The notes beneath the pieces are model-generated. The model searched no databases, had not been told where the DNA came from, and saw only the letters and a program-made list of their open reading frames with translations. A stretch of DNA of 64,000 nt from IMG/VR virus record IMGVR_UViG_3300027741_000040, positions 31,800-95,799 of that record, one strand, 5' to 3'. Made by a program: the position numbers and the translations under genes. Numbering within the stretch: position 1 is the stretch's first letter; each line of letters begins with the position of its first letter. Of the stretch, positions 32,648-42,155 are shown piece after piece. The stretch comes from a virus.

Positions 32648-33454
32648 TTAATCCTCTATTATAAATAATCTGTCCTGTGGTCCTGGAAATTGTTTGTTAA
32701 TATTTTCTAAATGATTTATTAGTTCCAATAATATTTTTTGAGATCTTGTTTTTGAAAAATCCCTAGTCTGTTTAATTCTTACAAGAACCAAGCCTTTTCC
32801 TAAAATTAATCCCTGCTTTTTATTATCGTATGATATATTTTTTTGTAAAGCATCATCTCCCCAAACTGGAGAAAAGTGAGACGGACCATCAACTTCTATG
32901 GCCGTATTTATGGTAGGAAGAAATAGATCTATCTGCAACTTTGTTGTTACAAGACTTTGTTCTTTATGAAAGTCTACTTTAAAACCATGTTTTAGTAACC
33001 CGTCCAATAAGAATTTTTCTAGCTTCGACCCTAGTTTACTAGCAGCCCTTACTGCATCAGTTGCCATTTTTTGCATATGTTTTTTTTCGTCTTCAGGTAA
33101 CTGACCCCAACGATCTCTGCATTTCTGTTTTCTTTTTTCTATAGAGTCATCGTCCATACTATCCCATATATCTACTATGGCTTTTCCTATTTTCTCTTTG
33201 GTCTCATCTGATCTTTGAGTTCCTTTTGTGGGATGTTTATGAGAGCCTGTTTTAAGAGCATTTTTTTGCGCTTCTGATTTATCTCTAATTTGTATATTTA
33301 GTGATTTTGCGTCTCTGCGAATTTTATTAGCATATGTTCCGTATAGCTCAGCTATATCAGCAAAGCTCTTACCCTGATTAGTATACAGATCATCTATAAT
33401 TATTTGTTTTTCAGCTTTTGACAAATTATTGTATGATTTTTGTGAGTTCTTCAT
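32648..33454 (-). CDS. Homing-endonuclease-like protein (HTH + NUMOD3-like + Vsr/DUF559-like nuclease)
   Basis: SFADIAELYG (HTH); KGTQRSDETKEKIG (NUMOD3-like); IDLFLP...AIEVDGPSH (nuclease). Confidence 0.65.
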   Translation of the reverse strand: MKNSQKSYNNLSKAEKQIIIDDLYTNQGKSFADIAELYGTYANKIRRDAKSLNIQIRDKSEAQKNALKTGSHKHPTKGTQRSDETKEKIGKAIVDIWDSMDDDSIEKRKQKCRDRWGQLPEDEKKHMQKMATDAVRAASKLGSKLEKFLLDGLLKHGFKVDFHKEQSLVTTKLQIDLFLPTINTAIEVDGPSHFSPVWGDDALQKNISYDNKKQGLILGKGLVLVRIKQTRDFSKTRSQKILLELINHLENINKQFPGPQDRLFIIED

Positions 33455-33887
33455 AACTAAACTTCTCCGACATTCCTATAGGTTTTTTCCAGCATATATT
33501 ATAGATATCATCAACATATTGATTGCTTGAGATAACATTTAGATGGTCAAGATCAAAAATCTTTCTCCAATTTTCATAATAGGTTTCCCCAGATGATGAC
33601 CAAGGAAGATTTTGTGCATAATAGTATAGTTTTGAAATATTTGGAAAATGAGAAGCTATAACTAATGATATAAAGTCAAAAACGAACAGATCGCCATAAA
33701 AAAACTTCGCATGGCTAAGATGTAGTATTGGAATATTATACGTTTCTATTTTGTCGTAGAAACTATTAAATAATACATATTGGTTATATGGATGATTATC
33801 TATGAATTCTCTAACCGTTTTTAGTACAGTGTCATGTTGTTGAATATTTGACAGTTTGGGAATAAAGAATCCTATATCTTTAGTCAT
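33426..33887 (-). CDS. Hypothetical protein in glycosyltransferase cluster
   Basis: 153-aa ORF overlapping both neighbours; alpha/beta pattern like a GT-B N-terminal half. Confidence 0.55.
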   Translation of the reverse strand: MTKDIGFFIPKLSNIQQHDTVLKTVREFIDNHPYNQYVLFNSFYDKIETYNIPILHLSHAKFFYGDLFVFDFISLVIASHFPNISKLYYYAQNLPWSSSGETYYENWRKIFDLDHLNVISSNQYVDDIYNICWKKPIGMSEKFSYEELTKIIQ

Positions 33888-34590
33888 TAATTAATTCCTT
33901 TACAAAAGAAGCATAGGTTTGATGCGATAGTAGGTCGATATCCATATCTTTGATTTGTAGATTTAAATTATTCAGAATAGAGCAGCCACAGGCTACAGCC
34001 TCAGCAATGTACTCGTCACTATCGTCTACTGGAAGATAATATTTAGATAATTGTAGTATATCGGCTTTTTCTGATTCGCTAATAAGCCCTAGATTTTGTA
34101 CATGTTTAATATATGGACTATTAAATAGTTTAATGTGATGTTTGGCTTTAGGATACAATAAATCGTTTAAGGTTGGGGGTATTTCATTCCTATATTCTAA
34201 AAAACATACTATATCATCATTTTTAGCAAGCTCTTTGTTTAGAAATAACTGATCATTAATTAGCCTAGGAAGCTGTATGGTATTGCTGATTATCTTGTCA
34301 TTATTGACTATATGTTTGGCTGCTGATTTGTAGCTATTAATCAAATCAAGATTTGGTTTTCTATCATGGTATATAAAAATTTTAATGGTTTGGAAAAATT
34401 CAGCAATAAATTGTTGTATTTCATTATCTATCATAGATTCTATAAACATTATATGAGTAAAAGGCTTTGCGTAATGAGCTTTATACAGAATATTCTTAGT
34501 ATTGATCGGAACAATATTGATATCTTCTAATTTAAGACATAATAGGTTGTTATTAAGTTTGTTATTTGCTTGTTGTATAGTAAAATTCAT
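33880..34590 (-). CDS. Divergent glycosyltransferase-like protein
   Basis: C-terminal EKADILQLSKYY...EYIAEAVACGC resembles the GT-B EAxAxG motif. Confidence 0.55.
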   Translation of the reverse strand: MNFTIQQANNKLNNNLLCLKLEDINIVPINTKNILYKAHYAKPFTHIMFIESMIDNEIQQFIAEFFQTIKIFIYHDRKPNLDLINSYKSAAKHIVNNDKIISNTIQLPRLINDQLFLNKELAKNDDIVCFLEYRNEIPPTLNDLLYPKAKHHIKLFNSPYIKHVQNLGLISESEKADILQLSKYYLPVDDSDEYIAEAVACGCSILNNLNLQIKDMDIDLLSHQTYASFVKELIND

Positions 34591-35258
34591 ATAAATTGTC
34601 TGGCTTTCGTTAGATCTTTTGTATGATTGATTTTGAATATGTTTTTCTTGTCTATTGTCACATTCTCAAAAATAATATTTTGCAATATCAAAGCATTAAT
34701 CATTTCAAATAAATAAAATTGATCAGTATTTTGCATCTTAATAATATTTCTAAGTGCAAGTATTGCTTCTTTATTTAAGTAAACACACTCAGACCAAATG
34801 TTCGGTAGGTCATAGAAGAGATATTCTGCGGAGGCACCTAGGGAACATCCTATATTAAAATTGGTTCGAGGCTTATTCAATAAATAAATTTTGCTAGTTC
34901 CGGATAGTGTTGATAATGAAATATTTTTATTTTTTAATAAGATACCACTACTAATTATAAGTAAATTTTCACAAATATTGTTTTCTAAGAATAGTGCAAG
35001 AGCTTTGGTTTGATTGGTTGTTTCATACGAATCATTATAGACAAAATTAATATTATCATATTTAGTGCTGATATGTTTAGATATTTTATCGTGATCGAAT
35101 CCGGTTGCTATATTTAGTTTAATATTCTTATTGATATTTAGTATCTCATTTATTTGATGTTCGAGTATGGGAATATTTTTTATCCTAAGTAGACTTTTGG
35201 ACCCGATAGACTTCATTCCTTTGGTAATTTCTGGTATTAGTATTAGACTATTTATCAT
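34587..35258 (-). CDS. Divergent nucleotidyltransferase-fold protein (LicC/sugar-phosphate NTase-like)
   Basis: KGMKSIGSKSLLRI...ILEHQI...IATGF...VYNDSYETTNQ; the canonical LAAGxGxR and GD motifs are degenerate. Confidence 0.6.
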   Translation of the reverse strand: MINSLILIPEITKGMKSIGSKSLLRIKNIPILEHQINEILNINKNIKLNIATGFDHDKISKHISTKYDNINFVYNDSYETTNQTKALALFLENNICENLLIISSGILLKNKNISLSTLSGTSKIYLLNKPRTNFNIGCSLGASAEYLFYDLPNIWSECVYLNKEAILALRNIIKMQNTDQFYLFEMINALILQNIIFENVTIDKKNIFKINHTKDLTKARQFI

Positions 35259-35674
35259 CTCTGTGGTGTTCTTTGTGACATAATAGTAAAATAGTTTTCA
35301 TTTTGATCCATTTTTAAAATCATAAAACCATTTTGATTTAAAATATTAATAACTTTGTCTGGACAAAGCATATTCTTTTTATTTCTTAGATATTGGAATA
35401 CCTTAGCACTAGATATTTGCTGATTAATATATTCAATAAAGAGCTTTTTAAAATTAACAAACTTAATAATGATATTCCCTTCATTTCTCATTTTCTCTAG
35501 TAATGATGTTACAAAAAGCTCACATTCATTATCTTCTATATATTCTAGCACACCACAAATAATCGAATCTACCGAATAGTTGACTAAATTATCGATATTA
35601 GATATATCAACCGATGAAGTATTTGGGATGGTATCTTTGACAAACTCGTTAGTTATATTAATATTTCTTTTCAT
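35255..35674 (-). CDS. Methyltransferase-like fragment/hypothetical protein
   Basis: SVDSIICGVLEYI...LLEKMRNEGNIII resembles post-motif-I class I MTase strands. ATG 35674 overlaps the upstream stop (ATGA). Confidence 0.45.
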   Translation of the reverse strand: MKRNINITNEFVKDTIPNTSSVDISNIDNLVNYSVDSIICGVLEYIEDNECELFVTSLLEKMRNEGNIIIKFVNFKKLFIEYINQQISSAKVFQYLRNKKNMLCPDKVINILNQNGFMILKMDQNENYFTIMSQRTPQR

Positions 35675-36528
35675 AGTAACGGAGGTACTTTCTTGATTTG
35701 TTTGAGGCATTTGATGAACTGTAATGAAAACCTATCAAAAGAATATTTGTCCAATAATGTTTGTTTATCTGATATTTTAATATTAGAAGAAAGAAGATAT
35801 TTAATTTGATCTATAATTTGAGTATAATCAACAATATTGAAAAGACCATTAATATCTTCAATAGTTGGTAGAGTAGATACAATATAACATCCAGCATATG
35901 CTGCTATTAAGCAATTTATCATACTATCATTTTCTAGACAAATATAAAATCCTGATAACTTATCTATTAGCTCTTGATAGCTGAAAGAAGAGACATCCGT
36001 TATCATTTCTGCATCTTTGAATATGTTTTTAATAAATTGATATAATGTATTTAAATTATTGTTATTGTTAAGATTGAGTATAACTACAGACTTTTTATGA
36101 ATTACAGATTCGACAGGAGCATTCGGGATTCCATACAATATGTTAAAAGACAATTTGTCTTTGATAGACCAGCTATGCTGGATAGTGTTATGGAAGAAGA
36201 TTTTATGATTTAGTGCTGAAGATTTTTTGAGTATATAAAGATCTTCTTTTTTAAATTTACTGGGCAAAAAATTGTGAAAGCATAGAACATCAGGAATCCC
36301 ATAATTTAAGAGGATTTGATTTCTAGTATTACTGTGCTCTATAATGCTAGATGTCAAGTATGCATCATAATAATGATCGGTATCACGACCCACAGAACTA
36401 TAAATATTTATGTCTAATAAAGAAAGAATAAGATCAAAACAAGTATTGCTAGGTTTGTATAATAGATTCAAATTTTCTGAATCAAGAATTTTATAAATAG
36501 CATTATATGCCTTAAGTCTATTACTCAT
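35671..36528 (-). CDS. Divergent glycosyltransferase-like protein
   Basis: SYQELIDKLSGFYICL...LIAAYAGCYIVST...KYSFDRF follows the GT-B C-terminal pattern, without the usual glutamates. Confidence 0.5.
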   Translation of the reverse strand: MSNRLKAYNAIYKILDSENLNLLYKPSNTCFDLILSLLDINIYSSVGRDTDHYYDAYLTSSIIEHSNTRNQILLNYGIPDVLCFHNFLPSKFKKEDLYILKKSSALNHKIFFHNTIQHSWSIKDKLSFNILYGIPNAPVESVIHKKSVVILNLNNNNNLNTLYQFIKNIFKDAEMITDVSSFSYQELIDKLSGFYICLENDSMINCLIAAYAGCYIVSTLPTIEDINGLFNIVDYTQIIDQIKYLLSSNIKISDKQTLLDKYSFDRFSLQFIKCLKQIKKVPPLL

Positions 36529-37493
36529 ATTATGTTTTCTAGATAATTGTTAGTAGGTATACTATTCTTGGCTTCTATTTGCCCAGTAGTTATATTCTTT
36601 AGAAACTGTTTATCAAAGACTATATGTCCATTAAAAGAAAATAAGCCATCACGAATATTAGTAAATTGGGTATTAGAATTTGTTTGAGAAAAAATTGCAT
36701 TATTATAAGTACTAGCGATATAGTTATTAAGACTATTTTTTGGATAGTCTTGTAAATCAAGAAACACGTCACCTGCTTTATGAGCCAAGCATAGATCAGA
36801 ATAGGATAATGATATTGGAGCAGCGATGACCTTCGATAAATTTTCTTTATCTATATTACAAATTTTTTGTATACCTAAAATATGCTGTTGAATTTGATTA
36901 ACATCAGTAGAATTAGCATTGATTAAATACAATACTAGACATATATTTTCTTGATTAAGAGTAACAGAAATAAATTCTGAGATCAAATCAAAAACATACT
37001 CATTATTATGATCATAGTCTACAACGGTATAAAATTTCTTCATCTGATTATATGATGGGAAAGAAATTACCTGATCTGTTTTTTGAATTAGGTCTTGATA
37101 TTTTAGACTATATAATATAGATGGTTTTTTTAATACTATATCTAGTGTTTGTTTAGCAAATGTATCGTCAACCAAAACTTCATCAAATAAATTGAGATAG
37201 TCTATATCACTTTCTGATAAAAGTTCACTTTCTAGTATTGGTATAACAATGTTTCTTTTTATTTTCTGAGTATAACACAAGCTATTTATAGGTAAATTTT
37301 GTATCAATATATCGTACTGTTCACTAGCTTTGCTTTCTGTAAATACTGTCTTATTATTATAAGACTTACAGCTACCAGATAGAATATGTCTACTTGTAAT
37401 ATTACCTAATTTAGTTAGATTATTTAATATGGCCTCAGAATGTAACCCATTAATAGACGAGTCTCTGTATTGTCCAAGATATAATATGTTCAT
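36525..37493 (-). CDS. Divergent GT4-like glycosyltransferase
   Basis: MNILYLGQYRD..., E......YLNLFDEVLV, AHKAGDVFL. Confidence 0.55.
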   Translation of the reverse strand: MNILYLGQYRDSSINGLHSEAILNNLTKLGNITSRHILSGSCKSYNNKTVFTESKASEQYDILIQNLPINSLCYTQKIKRNIVIPILESELLSESDIDYLNLFDEVLVDDTFAKQTLDIVLKKPSILYSLKYQDLIQKTDQVISFPSYNQMKKFYTVVDYDHNNEYVFDLISEFISVTLNQENICLVLYLINANSTDVNQIQQHILGIQKICNIDKENLSKVIAAPISLSYSDLCLAHKAGDVFLDLQDYPKNSLNNYIASTYNNAIFSQTNSNTQFTNIRDGLFSFNGHIVFDKQFLKNITTGQIEAKNSIPTNNYLENII

Positions 37494-39166
37494 GATGATG
37501 CTTTCATTTTAGCGTATGCGATAAAGTCATCTTGGAATGTCGTATTGTTTTTCAAAACAGCATTAGCTTGTTTCTGATTATCTAATACCGTATACATATA
37601 ATCAGTGATGGATTTGAAATTGGATGGTTTAATATTAAGATGCCCACTACTAGTAAATCCATAATCAATATCTTTTAAAAGATTAAGCAATTCCAGATTT
37701 TCCATTTTCTCTAGATTACCGAAATATTTATTACATAACGATAAACAAGCGTCGAGGCTCTGGTGGACACCAACATTCAAATTAAAGTCCTCAAATGGTA
37801 TAATTTGTTCAATTAGTTGGTTCCAGTTAGATCTATATCCGCTATCATCTAGCTTATCTAAATATTTTTCCCATTTTTTAGCAATATTATCCCAACAATA
37901 GTGCTGTTCTGTTAGTTTTCTAACTTTAATTCTTTTCTGATTTCTCATTGGGGCGGGAAGACTGACGTGTTCGATTACATGCTTAATAAAATCGTCGTTA
38001 TCTGGATAAACTCTGTATGCTTTGGTTTCAAGTTCTTTAAATTTACTCTTAACCTTAATTGGATACGCATCTAGCTTATTAACTATATCGCACATAGCGC
38101 TATAATTTACTGTAGCTATAGGAATTCCACACGCTCCGGCTTCAACTTGTGGCATACCGAAGCCTTCGCATATAGCGTATTGTACATACAAGTCAAAGAG
38201 ATTATAGATTTCGCTTAATTTTTGTGTCGTTAATCCATCGGCTACCGAAGGAAAAACAGAGGCTTTATTAACACAATGTTTGCAAATTCTTTGCGGCCCT
38301 CCAAATGTTTCACAAGAAATATTTCTACAATTTCTACAAACATAGGTAAACAAAACTTTATTTGTAATCCTATTGTCTTTAAGAATCTCCGGAATATCCC
38401 AGCCCATATCGGGATAACTAGTATGAAGATATAGATATAACCTTTTGCCAAGTTCTGGATCTGTTTTTTCTACTTGGTCCAGAATTTTTCTAAAAGACAA
38501 ACATAGCTCTGGAATAAGCTTTCTTTTTTGATTACGCATAACAGAACCGATAATAATTGCATTATTGGGAATGTTATATTTTGCCCTAAGTTGATTTTGA
38601 TCTAATATTTTGAATGTGTCTAGATCAACACCAGGAGAAGTAGTGTCTATATAGTTTATCTTACCAGAACTTTGTGTTTTTAAAACATTAGCACCCCAAT
38701 CAGAATAAGTAAATACAGCATCAGCCGATAGAAAGGTTTCTATCCATTCTTCTTGTTGTGGCTCAGAATCAACGGTGGGCATCAATGCCCAATGAAAATA
38801 AGGCCTCAAAGGAGAGGCGGCTTGATATGCTGTCATCCAATAGTCCCTAACATCAATAACAACATCTGGCTTAAAATCTAATAGTACTTTCTCAAATCTC
38901 CATCTGCCAAATTGGTTGTCTCCTCTTGACGTATACTCTTTATGTCGAGGATCATTGTCTTTGACAGCGTTCGCATAGTAAATCCAGTCTATACTAGTAT
39001 CTCTTGGATCATTTACGAAACCATAAGAAGCAAATTCAGCAATTACATACTTACCAGTTTTATGCAGTCTAGATAAAATTTCTTTTGCATAAGTTCCGAA
39101 GCCGGAACTTAAAAAACTGGCTTCTGAACACATTAAGATTCTAAGTTTATTTTTTGGGTTATTCAT
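37490..39166 (-). CDS. GT4-family (GT-B) glycosyltransferase
   Basis: PGVD, RNQKRKLI, IYNLFDLYVQ..EGFGMPQVEAGACGIP (intact EX7E); CRNC...CKHC insertion. Confidence 0.85.
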   Translation of the reverse strand: MNNPKNKLRILMCSEASFLSSGFGTYAKEILSRLHKTGKYVIAEFASYGFVNDPRDTSIDWIYYANAVKDNDPRHKEYTSRGDNQFGRWRFEKVLLDFKPDVVIDVRDYWMTAYQAASPLRPYFHWALMPTVDSEPQQEEWIETFLSADAVFTYSDWGANVLKTQSSGKINYIDTTSPGVDLDTFKILDQNQLRAKYNIPNNAIIIGSVMRNQKRKLIPELCLSFRKILDQVEKTDPELGKRLYLYLHTSYPDMGWDIPEILKDNRITNKVLFTYVCRNCRNISCETFGGPQRICKHCVNKASVFPSVADGLTTQKLSEIYNLFDLYVQYAICEGFGMPQVEAGACGIPIATVNYSAMCDIVNKLDAYPIKVKSKFKELETKAYRVYPDNDDFIKHVIEHVSLPAPMRNQKRIKVRKLTEQHYCWDNIAKKWEKYLDKLDDSGYRSNWNQLIEQIIPFEDFNLNVGVHQSLDACLSLCNKYFGNLEKMENLELLNLLKDIDYGFTSSGHLNIKPSNFKSITDYMYTVLDNQKQANAVLKNNTTFQDDFIAYAKMKASS

Positions 39167-39173
39167 TAGATAT

Positions 39174-39200
39174 AAAACAGGGGGCTTTCGCCCCCATGTT
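39174..39200 (-). terminator. Intrinsic terminator-like hairpin after ssb
   Basis: Minus strand GGGGGC-GAAA-GCCCCC-TGTTTTAT: 6-bp GC stem, GNRA loop, short U tract. Confidence 0.75.
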
Positions 39201-39223
39201 CTACTTTAGGTTTGAGGAGGTTA

Positions 39224-39595
39224 TCAAAAAGCTACCGGTTCTGTTTCCTGAGTCTTATTCGATCTTGTAAGCTTAGTAATCTTGGAGAAGTTATTAACTC
39301 TGACCTTTAGACTACTGTGCTTAACTCCATCCTTTTCCCATGTGTCATTCCTTAAAGATCCCTCGATCATTACTAGATCACCCTTCTTAAAGGACTCCCC
39401 GATAATTTCTGCACCAGTATCCCAAGCTTCACAATTAATAAAAGAAGTGATCTTATCCTTCTCTCCGCTTGCCTTAGTATACTCTCTTGAAGTGGCAACT
39501 GTAAAATTAACAACAGCAGTTTGCTTCCCACCAGTACTGACAGACCTAACTTCTGGATCGCGAGCAAGATTGCCTCTAATCAATGTAATATTCAT
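39224..39595 (-). CDS. ssb: Single-stranded DNA-binding protein
   Basis: LIRGNLARDPEVR, NFTVAT, FINCEAW, KKGDLVMIEGSL, C-terminal EPVAF; GGAG 10 nt upstream of ATG 39595. Confidence 0.92.
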   Translation of the reverse strand: MNITLIRGNLARDPEVRSVSTGGKQTAVVNFTVATSREYTKASGEKDKITSFINCEAWDTGAEIIGESFKKGDLVMIEGSLRNDTWEKDGVKHSSLKVRVNNFSKITKLTRSNKTQETEPVAF

Positions 39596-39638
39596 ATTCA
39601 AAAAACTCCATAAAAGTAAAAAGTGAACCGACAGTAGT

Positions 39639-39666
39639 ATTATAGCTCAGTGAGCACCCGTGTCAA
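39639..39666 (-). promoter_or_regulatory. Consensus sigma70-type promoter for ssb, with palindrome in the spacer
   Basis: TTGACA (39666-39661), 16-nt spacer, TATAAT (39644-39639); spacer contains GCTCA-C-TGAGC. Confidence 0.8.
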
Positions 39667-41288
39667 GAAACGGGCAGAAAACATTTTTCTACAACAAAGC
39701 TATCTTTTGCCTTGCTTCTGCTACCTAAAAAAACCAGAATATTACCATTAAATAGATGGTCTTTATATTTAGCAAATTGGTCAGGAAAGAAGATCACGGA
39801 GTCTAGCATTCCAAATTGATCTTCTAAAGTTATGAATGCCATTTCTTGACCAGGATTTTTGCCTGTTTTAGTTTTTGTTATACTAATATTTGAGATTTCT
39901 GCTGCCATAATAATATTACTAGATAAACTAGAACTTTTAAATTCTTTGCAATTAGTATTAGACATAGTTATGTCATACGAGTCTAATCTAGAACATGTGA
40001 TGGCTACTCCTAGGAGAGAACTCTCAGAATCCGATAACCATTCGATCTTATCTAGTAAGGAATACGGGGGCTTATCTAATGAGCCAATTAGGCCTTGGAT
40101 TACAGTCTTCCTATTTTTGTTTATCTTTTCAGATAATAATAACGAAAAAATATCTCTAATTTTTTTGGAAGGAAATGTTTTAGCTAAATTTGTAAAGTGT
40201 TCTGATTCTTTATTGCTTAAACTGCTCACTACTCCATATTCAAATAACATTTCTGTTCTTGTTTTTTTAAAATAGTCTAATGCCCCACAAGATATTAGAG
40301 CTTTGCTTGCAGTGGAATTGATCTTTAATAAGATTTGAGACAGAGTTTGCGACCATGATAGTGTTTTTAAGTCTAATGTTTCTGATATTGACAGTATTTT
40401 ATTATATACTGACTTTCCAACCCCCTTAATATCTGTTAATCCAAAATAGATCGCTTTATCTTTGAGAATAAATAATTCATTCAAATTTCTTAAATCGGGA
40501 ATATGAACAATAATATCCATCTCTGTAGCATTTCGTACTAATTCTTTAATTTCCTGCTGTGGATCTATTTTATCCTTTGCGTACCTTAAGTATGATGCAA
40601 AGAAGATCTTTGGAAAATGGGCCTTTGTGTATGCAGATAAGTAGGCGTTCATTGCATATGAAACACCATGGGACTTATTAAAAGAATATCTCTGAGACTT
40701 TTCAATCCAACTAAAAATAGCCTCAGCTTCTTCTCTCGTTACAATTTTAAATTTATCTGTGCCTTCTAGAAATTTTTGTTTTATTTTAGCCATTTCTTCT
40801 GGTTTCTTTTTCCCAATAGCCTTTCTTAAAGCGTCTGCTTCTTGCAGATTAAATCCCGCTAGATCTTTGGCTATCGACATGGCCTGTTCTTGATAAATCA
40901 TTTCTCCATATGTGGACCCTAAACATTTTTCTAAAGAGGGATGGAAATAATCTACAGATTCCAACCCATTCTTTTTGTCTATATAGTGATTAGATACGCT
41001 TTTCCCTTCTCTAAAAGCTTCAAGACAACCCGGCCTAAGAATACTAATCAATCCAGATAGCTGCTCAATATTTTCTGGCTTAAGTTTTTTAGACATAGTT
41101 TGTCCAAGTCTTGACTCAAGTTGAAAACATCCTTTGGTATTACCAGAAGAAATCAGATCCCAAGTTCTTGAGCATTCAAGATTCAAGCTCTCTAACTTTG
41201 GAGAGAATAATATTTTGGGAAATTGAATATCTTGTTTATCCAAAACTGGAAATTTACAACCACAATCAAATGTATAATATTCAGACAT
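39663..41288 (-). CDS. dnaE: DNA polymerase III alpha, C-terminal part (fingers, HhH, OB)
   Basis: GCFQLES, RPG, YQEQ, ADALRKAIGKK, YSFNKSH, FGLTDIKGVG, MAFITLED. Confidence 0.9.
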   Translation of the reverse strand: MSEYYTFDCGCKFPVLDKQDIQFPKILFSPKLESLNLECSRTWDLISSGNTKGCFQLESRLGQTMSKKLKPENIEQLSGLISILRPGCLEAFREGKSVSNHYIDKKNGLESVDYFHPSLEKCLGSTYGEMIYQEQAMSIAKDLAGFNLQEADALRKAIGKKKPEEMAKIKQKFLEGTDKFKIVTREEAEAIFSWIEKSQRYSFNKSHGVSYAMNAYLSAYTKAHFPKIFFASYLRYAKDKIDPQQEIKELVRNATEMDIIVHIPDLRNLNELFILKDKAIYFGLTDIKGVGKSVYNKILSISETLDLKTLSWSQTLSQILLKINSTASKALISCGALDYFKKTRTEMLFEYGVVSSLSNKESEHFTNLAKTFPSKKIRDIFSLLLSEKINKNRKTVIQGLIGSLDKPPYSLLDKIEWLSDSESSLLGVAITCSRLDSYDITMSNTNCKEFKSSSLSSNIIMAAEISNISITKTKTGKNPGQEMAFITLEDQFGMLDSVIFFPDQFAKYKDHLFNGNILVFLGSRSKAKDSFVVEKCFLPVS

Positions 41289-41982
41289 TGGCTTTGTTAA
41301 AAGATCCTTTGAATTTTACTTTTGAGCTAACATTGCGATGGAGCTTCATAAATCTTATTAGTATTTCTGCTGTGTCTCTAACATCCTTTAAAGCATCATG
41401 AGACCCTTCCGTGGAAATACCAAAATATCCTCTTAGGTTATCTAATGTATAATTCTTAAGTTCGTTATTTCCTTCGAACCAGTAGAAGATCATATTCATT
41501 AAATCTATGACATCTCTTGGATAGAATAAGCTACTTCTTTTTTCTTTATTGAGATTATTGTATTTAACACTTAATCTTTCTATGATTCTCATATCGTATC
41601 TGTTGATATTGTACCCTGCAGCAATAGGTGCTGTAAAACAAGATTTCTTATCAGACCTAATATGATACATTTCTAAATAAGAGACAAACATTTTCCATCC
41701 CTGGTCTTGCTTTTGGTGTCCTTTCCATTGGTCTAAAATATCTTGTTTAGAGCAACCTCTAACCTTGGAATGAAAATCCAGAACATCACTATCTGCATAG
41801 GCATATTCAGAATCCTTTTCTAAAAGTTCTGGTCTCATATTAATGTTAAATTCAGAATCTTGCACTATCTCAAGCCTAAAGGGGTCAATGATAAGTGCGG
41901 CAATTTGTACGGGACTACAGATATCGGGATTAATTCCATCTGTCTCGAAATCAAACACACAAATTTTTTGAGAATTAGCCAT
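41281..41982 (-). CDS. DEDDh 3'-5' exonuclease (DnaQ/epsilon-like)
   Basis: ExoI FDFETDG, ExoII GYNINRYD, ExoIII HDALKD. Confidence 0.88.
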   Translation of the reverse strand: MANSQKICVFDFETDGINPDICSPVQIAALIIDPFRLEIVQDSEFNINMRPELLEKDSEYAYADSDVLDFHSKVRGCSKQDILDQWKGHQKQDQGWKMFVSYLEMYHIRSDKKSCFTAPIAAGYNINRYDMRIIERLSVKYNNLNKEKRSSLFYPRDVIDLMNMIFYWFEGNNELKNYTLDNLRGYFGISTEGSHDALKDVRDTAEILIRFMKLHRNVSSKVKFKGSFNKANV

Positions 41983-42154
41983 TTACCTCTACCAGAGTAT
42001 TGCCGGGGAAAAAAGTTTTATTACTAGCGTTGCCAGCAGTCTCGGCATTAATAGACCTGCAACAGCTTACCTTGACCTCATCAACCTTCTTATATTCAAC
42101 ACCATTCACTACAAATGTGGCATTGACAGGAACATCGCTTAATAGTTTTTGCAT
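41975..42154 (-). CDS. Small hypothetical protein (59 aa), below the ORF-track cutoff
   Basis: MQKLLSDVPVNATFVVNGVEYKKVDEVKVSCCRSINAETAGNASNKTFFPGNTLVEVNG; AAGGAG SD; fills the gap between dnaE-N and the exonuclease. Confidence 0.75.
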   Translation of the reverse strand: MQKLLSDVPVNATFVVNGVEYKKVDEVKVSCCRSINAETAGNASNKTFFPGNTLVEVNG

Positions 42155-42155
42155 A

